A DNA stretch of 63,582 nucleotides, filler included, from Squatina squatina (taxonomy: Eukaryota), in NCBI GenBank assembly GCA_031763465.1. It is 3 parts of 3 records of this genome, joined end to end, with 100 filler letters (N's around TTAATTAATTAA, not from the genome) between each part and the next. Parts side by side here need not be neighbours in the genome. Positions count along the whole stretch, not along the records: positions 49,805 to 63,582 come from JARFOE010000001.1; 2 more parts are not named here. One strand, given 5' to 3'. The position numbers and the translations under genes are program-made. Of this stretch, positions 54,396 to 63,582 are shown in pieces. Below the pieces are notes generated by a model that did not search any database, was not told the origin of the DNA, and was given only the letters and a program-made list of their open reading frames with translations. How positions within the stretch are numbered: the stretch's first letter is position 1; each line of letters opens with the position of its first letter.

Positions 54396-55420
54396 CTACC
54401 ATCACAAATAAATATTCCACCTGTTAACTACTGCAGTAATGTAAACTATACTTGTACTTATACTCTTTTCCGCCATCTTACATAATCACACTCCATTCTC
54501 ACTATCTGGCTATTTTCGCCCGACATCCTAGCTAAAGAAACAGTGGCCTAATTCTATTTGTCTTTTTTTTCATAAAATAGTTTCACAGTTGGAAAAAGTT
54601 AAACATTTTAACATAAAAAGTCTGCACNNNNNNNNNNNNNNNNNNNNNNNNNNNNNNNNNNNNNNNNNNNNNNNNNNNNNNNNNNNNNNNNNNNNNNNNN
54701 NNNNNNNNNNNNNNNNNNNNNNNNNNNTTAAAATTTGGTTCCTGGGGGTGATGAAGCTCTCCAGTCCCTCAGTTACCTTGGGGGAAGCAATAGTTTTTAC
54801 TGTTTAAGATAAAAAAAAATTAGTAACCTTTTGGTTTTTAAACATTTGAAAATAAAACCTAAAAGTAGCTCAGTAGGCACAGGCTGACTTTTTTTTTGAA
54901 TCAATGAACTTCACCTGAGTAGATGAATATGGATTCAGATGACATTGATGAAATCTCTTCATAATTGATAAAGTTAAGGGGGAGAATTCAGTATTCTTGA
55001 CTTGTGCAATAGAAACTGACATCATTTTTTTATTACAACACATCTTACAACAAATGTAAAGATCAATGTTGAGAAATTAATTTTATTGGGTGTCTTTGTT
55101 CCAACTCTTAGTCATGAATTGCAAGATATTTGTTAAAAATACACAGATAAATGAATTAGATTAGAGAAAGTGAAGAAAACTACACAGTTTTTAAAGATGT
55201 ACTTTCAAATTTTTGTGCAAGAAACTGCCATTATACATAAATTGAAATAACTTGAATTCTCAACCATCAACCCACATTAGTGACTTTGTGCTGACAGGGA
55301 CTTGGATTGCTCCTTGGAAATGCCATTATTAGATTTTCAGAATAGAATTATTTCTCTTCCCCAATTTAAAAAAAAACACATTTGGCTCCAAATTATATTG
55401 CAGGATAAAAAAGAAACTTC

Positions 55421-55569
55421 TCAGAACTCCTCTTCAGCATGTTTACTTCTGGACTGTTTGTGCTGCAAAAGCCTCTTGATAGTTTCAGATATTGTACGTT
55501 CTCCATGCACCTTGTTGTCTCTTGTACGTACATTAACTGTTTCACTGCTCTTCTCTTTTTCACCAACCA
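55421..55569 (-). CDS. TARS1: Cytoplasmic threonyl-tRNA synthetase, last coding exon
   Basis: Acceptor tttgcAG; (V)VGEKEKSSETVNVRTRDNKVHGERTISETIKRLLQHKQSRSKHAEEEF*. The AEEEF terminus favours TARS1 over TARS3. Confidence 0.9.
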
Positions 55570-56622
55570 CTGCAAATGCGACAACACATTGAGTACATTC
55601 TGGCAATTAATTCAAGGTAAAACAAAACTGGTTAAAAAGAGTCCAACAGAAAAATTAAATAGCATTAAATGAATGCAAGGTGTTAATGCTTTGGAATTAC
55701 TGTCTGAAATGTTGATACAAACTGGATGATCTGCACCAGATAATGTGAGAGAACGGCTCTGTGCTTTCCCTCTTCCCAGCAGGGTAGTACCAAATCTCCT
55801 CCCGGCATGGCTGAAGTTAGAATGTTGATTTGCACTGTCATGACACATTGATGTATTTACATATTTAAGCACATTTATTACTTGAATCACTACTAAAGAA
55901 ACATAACTTAGTGCTCTCACTACAATTTCCTTTATTCATATTAATTGCGTTAAGCATTTAACTATTTTCTGTTTCAGGGTATGGTTTCATCTAATTGAAA
56001 TGCTGAAAATATTGCACCCTCCGCTTTGCACAAGTGCCTTTTGATTTAAATAGGCCATTGTTTGATCGATCATAATTAGTATAAAGCATTTTTTCCTATT
56101 CTCAGGATGTGGGCATAGCGACAAGAGTAGGCCATTCAGCCGCTCAAACTTGCTCCANNNNNNNNNNNNNNNNNNNNNNNNNNNNNNNNNNNNNNNNNNN
56201 NNNNNNNNNNNNNNNNNNNNNNNNNNNNNNNNNNNNNNNNNNNNNNNNNNNNNNNNNTATTAACATGTTGGCCACAGCATCTTTGTATGACCCTCTTCAT
56301 GGAACAATCCAAAACAGTCAAAGGTTGTCTGATCGCACATGCACATTAAACAACTGGTTCCTCAGGAGGAAGAAATGGGACGACTTATATAAAAGTCTTC
56401 AAAATTCTTTTGAAGTATAATACATACACATAAAAATATATACAACATATACACACACAGTGCATATGTATATTGTACTTTAAAAGAATACTCTAAATAT
56501 GAATAAGCATAGTATTTGTGAAACACAGGTTTTTGAAAGTTATGTATACTTTAGCAATACTTACGTAATCCACTAATCTTAATAAAATCTAACTGAACAC
56601 AGAAAATGGAACTCTACATTAC

Positions 56623-56727
56623 CATTTGCCACCATAGTTCTCAGTCAAAATTGCAATCATTCGTTCCACAGAACCCAGGATGGCACGGTGAATGATAACA
56701 GGCCTATTCTGGTCACCACCATCATGA
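56623..56727 (-). CDS. TARS1: TARS1 exon (class II motif 3)
   Basis: AG/GT-bounded; [34 protein letters not shown](W). Confidence 0.93.
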
Positions 56728-58067
56728 CTGTGAAATAAAGCAGAACCATGTCAGTACATCCTGTATTTAACATCAACTGTAGCTGTGAATCTTATTTAAA
56801 ATAAAAAAGACTTATTTAGCAAGAGGAGAACAGAAATCATTAAATTTGCTATATAAACTGCAAACCAAGACAAGCAATTGACTCATGATTATTTTATTAT
56901 AAATTTATGAAAGGAATCAATAATTATTACTGTCTANNNNNNNNNNNNNNNNNNNNNNNNNNNNNNNNNNNNNNNNNNNNNNNNNNNNNNNNNNNNNNNN
57001 NNNNNNNNNNNNNNNNNNNNNNNNNNNNNNNNNNNNNNNNNNNNNNNNNNNNNNNNNNNNNNNNNNNNNNNNNNNNNNNNNNNNNNNNNNNNNNNNNNNN
57101 NNNNNNNNNNNNNNNNNNNNNNNNNNNNNNNNNNNNNNNNNNNNNNNNNNNNNNNNNNNNNNNNNNNNNNNNNNNNNNNNNNNNNNNNNNNNNNNNNNNN
57201 NNNNNNNNNNNNNNNNNNNNNNNNNNNNNNNNNNNNNNNNNNNNNNNNNNNNNNNNNNNNNNNNNNNNNNNNNNNNNNNNNNNNNNNNNNNNNNNNNNNN
57301 NNNNNNNNNNNNNNNNNNNNNNNNNNNNNNNNNNNNNNNNNNNNNNNNNNNNNNNNNNNNNNNNNNNNNNNNNNNNNNNNNNNNNNNNNNNNNNNNNNNN
57401 NNNNNNNNNNNNNNNNNNNNNNNNNNNNNNNNNNNNNNNNNNNNNNNNNNNNNNNNNNNNNNNNNNNNNNNNNNNNNNNNNNNNNNNNNNNNNNNNNNNN
57501 NNNNNNNNNNNNNNNNNNNNNNNNNNNNNNNNNNNNNNNNNNNNNNNNNNNNNNNNNNNNNNNNNNNNNNNNNNNNNNNNNNNNNNNNNNNNNNNNNNNN
57601 NNNNNNNNNNNNNNNNNNNNNNNNNNNNNNNNNNNNNNNNNNNNNNNNNNNNACCTGCTGAGTTTTTCCAGCAATTTTTGTTTGTATACTAAAACCAAAG
57701 CATTATTTTACTTCATTTTTGACTCCCAAAATGCACATTTTTCTTGCAGCTGATTGCCTCCATTTTCTGGTCAAGAAAATCAGACACTCCTTTTTGCATT
57801 AGCTTGTGAAAAGATAAAGGTTTGGTGCCAAACTTTGAGTATTTGTTAACATTGAGATTGCAGTACTAATATAAATCAGGCTCCATAACTTAGTTTCATG
57901 ATAACTGAAATCATTTGACTTACCATAATATATTTCATTTTCCCTATAATTACCCCCAAGCACAAGAAATTTACTCTTTAAATGGGAAGAGAAAGGCAAA
58001 TTAAAATAAATGGACAGCTCAAAATAAACATATTTACTACTTGATGTTCCTACTTTCGGAGGCTTAC

Positions 58068-58168
58068 CTCACATAGGTCAAGTTAAATCGGATTGGCAAC
58101 TGGAAATCCAACTGAATTGTAGCACACTGATGATATCTACCAATAGCATCTTTGATTTTTATGTCAAT
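58068..58168 (-). CDS. TARS1: TARS1 exon
   Basis: AG/GT-bounded; [33 protein letters not shown](S). Confidence 0.93.
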
Positions 58169-58253
58169 CTGTAAGAATTTTTAAAAAAGATGTTGAAAAT
58201 ATTTTGTTTGTCATATTAAATGTTTCTAGTATTATTACACTGATTTAAGTTAC

Positions 58254-58331
58254 CTTCGGCCCATAAAAAGCACCATCACCAGGATTCAAGGTCCACTTCT
58301 CACCAAACTCATTCAGGCTGTTTTCAAGTTG
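58254..58331 (-). CDS. TARS1: TARS1 exon
   Basis: AG/GT-bounded; [26 protein letters not shown]. Confidence 0.93.
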
Positions 58332-58429
58332 CTGGGAGAAAAGGGTTATACAATTACTGGTCTGATTAAAAATGCACAATAAAATACAGCATTTAGCATC
58401 ACCTAAATGTGCACAGTAGGATTACTGAC

Positions 58430-58567
58430 CTGTTCAGCTGTGTTCCACACTTCAATATCACCAAGAAACTTCTCCGGACGAGTAGAAAGCTCAAGTTTAA
58501 AAGTAAATCCAAAAACATCGTAGACTGCACGCAGGAAGTCCAGGCAACCTTTAATTTCTGCTTCAAT
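58430..58567 (-). CDS. TARS1: TARS1 exon
   Basis: AG/GT-bounded; [46 protein letters not shown]. Confidence 0.93.
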
Positions 58568-59642
58568 CTTGTCAAAAAAAAGTAAAATGACAATTAACAA
58601 CCAATTATCACCTTCCTGTTTTTTTTCCAGAATTGGGGAATGAATAGATTATGAANNNNNNNNNNNNNNNNNNNNNNNNNNNNNNNNNNNNNNNNNNNNN
58701 NNNNNNNNNNNNNNNNNNNNNNNNNNNNNNNNNNNNNNNNNNNNNNNNNNNNNNNNNNNNNNNNNNNNNNNNNNNNNNNNNNNNNNNNNNNNNNNNNNNN
58801 NNNNNNNNNNNNNNNNNNNNNNNNNNNNNNNNNNNNNNNNNNNNNNNNNNNNNNNNNNNNNNNNNNNNNNNNNNNNNNNNNNNNNNNNNNNNNNNNNNNN
58901 NNNNNNNNNNNNNNNNNNNNNNNNNNNNNNNNNNNNNNNNNNNNNNNNNNNNNNNNNNNNNNNNNNNNNNNNNNNNNNNNNNNNNNNNNNNNNNNNNNNN
59001 NNNNNNNNNNNNNNNNNNNNNNNNNNNNNNNNNNNNNNNNNNNNNNNNNNNNNNNNNNNNNNNNNNNNNNNNNNNNNNNNNNNNNNNNNNNNNNNGTAAA
59101 AGGTTGTGCATTCACTTGCACAGAAATTCAACACACAAGACCAATCACACTCACTATCATATAATTTATTTTTCTTAAAACAGAAGATAATTTCTCCCAA
59201 TGGTGGTCTCTCTCTCACCTATCAATACTATATTCCTCTCTCTCTCTCGCCTTTGAGGCTCCAAATTCACCGTGCTACAGACACTTCCTTCTCCTGAGGT
59301 TTCACTATTGAAATCAACACTCATTGCACTGCAATGCTCTTGGACAAACTTCTCCAACAAATCATTGCTCCAAGCAAGTGGATCAAATACTTCATCTCAT
59401 TCTTTCCTTCCTCCGACAATCCAAGGGTCTTTAAAACCAAAGCTTGTACCACCTTACCATTTATTCTCAATTTATCCCATCTTTTCTTACTCAACATTGC
59501 TGGTGCCCTGTACTTTGACCCAGATTTTTAAAATAAAAACAAAACTTGCCAGGTAGTGACCAGAATCACACTACATACATTTCAACAATCCTGAGTAATA
59601 GAACAGCATGTGTGAAACCCGAACAAGACTGAATCATGATAC

Positions 59643-59805
59643 CTGTTCCATGGTACAGAAAATGTGGGCGTCATCCTGCTGGAACCTCCTAACCCGAGTC
59701 AGGCCAGTCAGTGCTCCAGATAGCTCGTTACGATGAAGCACTCCAAAGTCAGCGTACCGCATTGGCATCTCCCGCCAGGACCGTGGCCGATGGTCAAACA
59801 TGAGG
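59643..59805 (-). CDS. TARS1: TARS1 exon (class II motif 2)
   Basis: AG/GT-bounded; [54 protein letters not shown]. Confidence 0.94.
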
Positions 59806-60754
59806 CTGAAATATGGATAAATTATGAAAACATCTTACATTTAAAAGAAAACAATTTCATGCTCAACGTAGTTAAAATTCCATAAAGTTGTGGCCATGTA
59901 CTAGGTGAAGCAACATCCCGACTCAAACACCAGAGTTGATCAGGAAACTAGGCAGTATGCAGTAAAACCCCCGAAGACCAAATGTTAAGTAGTACAGGGA
60001 ACTGGGAAGGGATTAGGGTAGCTAGCTCCTTTAGGAGAACTGGCATTAACACAATGGGCCAATTGGTCTCTACCCGTACATAATTTCTACATTTTTAAAA
60101 AAAACTGTGCAGAGTGGAATAATGAAGAGGTTTAGGGTGGGGGACCAAAAGCAGAGTCAAAGCAATGGGTTTGGAGGCAGTTTTCAAAACAGACAGAAAA
60201 GGTACCTCAGCAGAGAANNNNNNNNNNNNNNNNNNNNNNNNNNNNNNNNNNNNNNNNNNNNNNNNNNNNNNNNNNNNNNNNNNNNNNNNNNNNNNNNNNN
60301 NNNNNNNNNNNNNNNNNNNNNNNNNNNNNNNNNNNNNNNNNNNNNNNNNNNNNNNNNNNNNNNNNNNNNNNNNNNNNNNNNNNNNNNNNNNNNNNNNNNN
60401 NNNNNNNNNNNNNNNNNNNNNNNNNNNNNNNNNNNNNNNNNNNNNNNNNNNNNNNNNNNNNNNNNNNNNNNNNNNNNNNNNNNNNNNNNNNNNNNNNNNN
60501 NNNNNNNTTCTGGGAAGGTGGAAAATTACGCAAACGCAAGCTAAAAAAAATTCCCATGCGCTAGGATGCACTTATCTCCATATTTAAGTGGTCCTTCAGC
60601 AGCACTGTGAAGTCATGCATAATTACACCATGGGAACTATACACCATTGTGAGAAAGCACTACCTTAAAAGAAAGGGAGGGAAAATTGGAGAGGCTGGAC
60701 TGTTCTTTAAGATCTCTTGTACCTGAATTGCTTACTTAAAAAAAAACTTTATAG

Positions 60755-61035
60755 GTTGTGGATGACGCTGGCAAGGCAATATTTATTGCCCATCCTTAGT
60801 TCACTGAGAGCATCAAGAGTCAACCACATAGTGAGGGAGTCAAATCATATGTAAGCCAAACTGAGTAAGGGTGACAAGTTCCCTTTGTTGAAGGACATTC
60901 GTGAACCAGCTGTTTTTTTGTGACAATTCAGCAATTTTCATGCTCATTTTTGCTGGTGTTATCCCATAAGTTACTAGATCATCATGGTGTGATTTGACTT
61001 CTCAGTTGCTGGTTCAGTATCATAACCACTAGGCT
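60755..61035. mobile_element. Decayed SINE/LINE-related interspersed repeat
   Basis: gacgctggcaaggcaatatttattgcccatccttagtt is shared with 52050-52095. Confidence 0.55.
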
Positions 61036-61154
61036 CCCATTACCCTATAATTAATTAATATAATCACAGACCGAGAACAGAAGAGTCTCAGGAAGGCACT
61101 TTGAAAGTGGAGGAAAATTGAAAAGTTTGAGGTTTCAAGAATTGAATCACATAC

Positions 61155-61219
61155 CAATGACCTGGGCAATTCATAGGTTTTAAGGCAAAGAGCTCCTTCT
61201 CCACCTCGAAACAGAACAT
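61155..61219 (-). CDS. TARS1: TARS1 exon, 5' part lost in gap
   Basis: MFCFEVEKELFALKPMNCPGH(C) followed by donor GTATGT; in phase with the exon at 59643-59805. Confidence 0.92.
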
Positions 61220-61643
61220 NNNNNNNNNNNNNNNNNNNNNNNNNNNNNNNNNNNNNNNNNNNNNNNNNNNNNNNNNNNNNNNNNNNNNNNNNNNNNNNNN
61301 NNNNNNNNNNNNNNNNNNNCCGCTTACTTGGAAGTCTGTCAATATAAAGCTGCTTACTACCAAAGGCATGTGAAAAGTAGAACAAATGTTTGTGTGCCAT
61401 GCATGCTTTATAGTCACCAATGCGATAATGAGAATTATTTGATGAGCAATATATTCTATTTAGTTGGTGTTCTAAATTGCATATTGAATACACTCAATGA
61501 AGAATAAAGTAATAAGCAAAGAAATATTGGCAATTTAGTGCTTCTTCTGCTCAACTTAATCTTGCTGAAGTCAACAATTTTTACTTTTTCTCCCCCTCCC
61601 CACCCACCTCAGTTAAAATTTCACAGTCCATCGAGCATTCAGA

Positions 61644-61824
61644 TTAATAATCTTCATCTTCTGGATGAGTCACGTATGTAAAGGGTACTAATCCATATTC
61701 AGCACCAAGGCCACACAGCAGCCAGTCTGCATCCACTTTTGACACCACTCTCAGAATATCACCTTTTTTAAAGCTGAGTTGTCCTTTTTCGGTCGCTATG
61801 TGATGGCAAAGTGCTTTCACTTCT
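61644..61824 (-). CDS. RUSC2: RUN and SH3 domain-containing protein 2 (iporin), last exon with SH3 domain
   Basis: Acceptor ttttttttcttcaAG; [59 protein letters not shown], resembling recalled human [26 protein letters not shown]. Confidence 0.88.
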
Positions 61825-62193
61825 CTTGAAGAAAAAAAAGTAAAAATGTGTCTGAAAAGTTGAACGCATAACACAGAGCTGAATATTAATGGCTTTATCA
61901 TGTTAGACTTCTACTATCCCACCCAATTCTGCACTTTTGTGTTAAATGTTTCAGTAAAACACAATGCCATGCAAGAAAAAATATGATCTCTACAAATACT
62001 TGAGAGTTAATGCATTTAGGAATATTTGTGTCTTTCTCAAGTGAAGCACTTGTGGAACTGTAACGTTTCCTATACAATTTGATCGATCCTAAANNNNNNN
62101 NNNNNNNNNNNNNNNNNNNNNNNNNNNNNNNNNNNNNNNNNNNNNNNNNNNNNNNNNNNNNNNNNNNNNNNNNNNNNNNNNNNNNNNNNNNNN

Positions 62194-63124
62194 CTCGTCT
62201 GATTTACACTTGCACCAAACAATCGGCCCAGCCACATTCCTCGTTTGCCTTCAGTATGCTCCAGGTTTGACTTCTTTTCTGGGTGTGCAGCATGATCATG
62301 TGAAGCCATGCTTTCATTCACCTTGCTGTGCTTAAGTTCATGTAGTACAGACTCTGGAGGACTCCCCATCCAATAAGGTTTGGCTTCATTTTTAGAATAC
62401 TCAGGCTGAGTCGTCTTTAAGAGTTCCTTAGTGGCTGCTGCCTCCCCATTTGACTCAATCTGACTGGACACCATGTTACAATTGTCCAAATTTTGTGATT
62501 CAGATATAGACACATTCTCTGCTCCTTCTGTAACGCCCTCTCGAAGTGACTCTTTCTCCATACCTATACTTAATCGTAGAGGTACAGCAGCTGTACTTTG
62601 CTTCTTTCTCTTCTCCCATTTTACAAACTTTGATTCTTCTGAAGATCCTTCAATGTATACCTGTGAGCTCTGCATGAGTTGGTACCACCACCCTGCTTGC
62701 TTGTCCTTTTTCATCTCCGTTACTTGCTCCTTTCTTGCTCTCTCTCCACTCTCCAAATCGTCATCTGTTTTATCCACTAATACTGCATCTCTTGCTGTTG
62801 CACCCTTGCGTGCAGCTGCACTTTGTGTGATTCTTTCTGATTTGTCCTCCCTGTTCTGTTCAGGTCCCAAACTGCCATTGGTTCTCATCAGCTGGAAAGT
62901 GGAGTGCACGGACTGCAAGAGGTCCTGCTTGACTTTGAGCTGTTCCTTCTTCTTTTGTTGATCTTTATTCATTTGAATAACATGGTGTTCAAACATCAAA
63001 TCTAGATCAAAGGGTAGCAACGAAAGAGGCTGCAGTAATAGAAGGAGCTCCTCAAACAGTGGTTGGCAAACACTGTGCGACAGTGCTAGAAAACCAGTGG
63101 GCAGATAGTGAACTCCAATAATAT
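62194..63124 (-). CDS. RUSC2: RUSC2 large internal exon (end of RUN domain and linker), 3' end lost in gap
   Basis: Acceptor ttctctttggttAG; (D)IIGVHYLPTGFLALSHSVCQPLFEELLLLLQPLSLLPFDLDLMFEHH...WWYQLMQSSQVYIEG...YWMGSPPESVL...WLGRLFGA. Confidence 0.9.
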
Positions 63125-63582
63125 CTAACCAAAGAGAAGAAACAATTAGTGTTATAGTTTAGTTATTCAAATATAAGCACTCCACAGGAGGGGGAAAATG
63201 CTGCTACACAATTCTGCACACAGGCAACTATAAGCCAAAATTCAACAATACCGCCAGTTTCTCTGAGGCTTGAATAATACATAAGTGTATACAAAACCAG
63301 ATTTATTCATTACAGGGTACGAACATGGACTGCTAGTTTGACATATAGATCCCTTCCCCAATGAAGAACCGAGATGATAAATCTGGTAACTTCACACATT
63401 TTGAGTCCAAGGTGATTATGGTTTCAGCTGGAATTCAAATCTATGGCTCCAAAAGGTGATGAATATTTTACTAAATACTTATTAAAACTACATCAAAATG
63501 TTATGAGAGAACTATAGTATGCCAATTCAAGTATAATCAGATCTTATTACCTTCTTGAATGAATAGTATCTTGCTATTCATG

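Noticed and set aside
56907-57698. Long ORFs spanning N runs (also 14197-14839, 43072-43722, 58594-59218, 60095-60587)
   Set aside because: Made almost entirely of X residues from gaps.
62473-62961. 162-aa plus-strand ORF
   Set aside because: Antisense shadow of the RUSC2 exon.

Overview
Vertebrate genomic DNA, most likely from a shark or other cartilaginous fish, judged from its CR1/HER1-type LINE tails, Deu-type SINEs and Penelope fragments. The assembly is heavily gapped, with many 100-N placeholders. Two artificial TTAATTAATTAA linkers divide it into three blocks. (1) 1-29383: part of PRDM6 (+), with zinc-knuckle/PR-domain exons at 4419-4534, 5287-5428 and 25809-25936 and a long intron holding repeats, minisatellites and candidate enhancers. 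(2) 29484-49704: LRRN1 (+), a single coding exon from 35925, cut by a gap at 37908. (3) 49805-63582: partial NNT, TARS1 and RUSC2, all on the minus strand, with exons missing in gaps. The most striking observation is that one PRDM6 coding exon is split by a Harbinger transposase fragment, joined through about 10 bp of microhomology and giving an in-frame stop. This is either a real gene-disrupting rearrangement or an assembly chimera. There is also a CpG-rich, apparently young element ending in GGG|TTAA (piggyBac-like). I found no CRISPR array, RNA gene or demonstrably new multi-gene system. Gene identities rest on recalled protein similarity, not on a database search.
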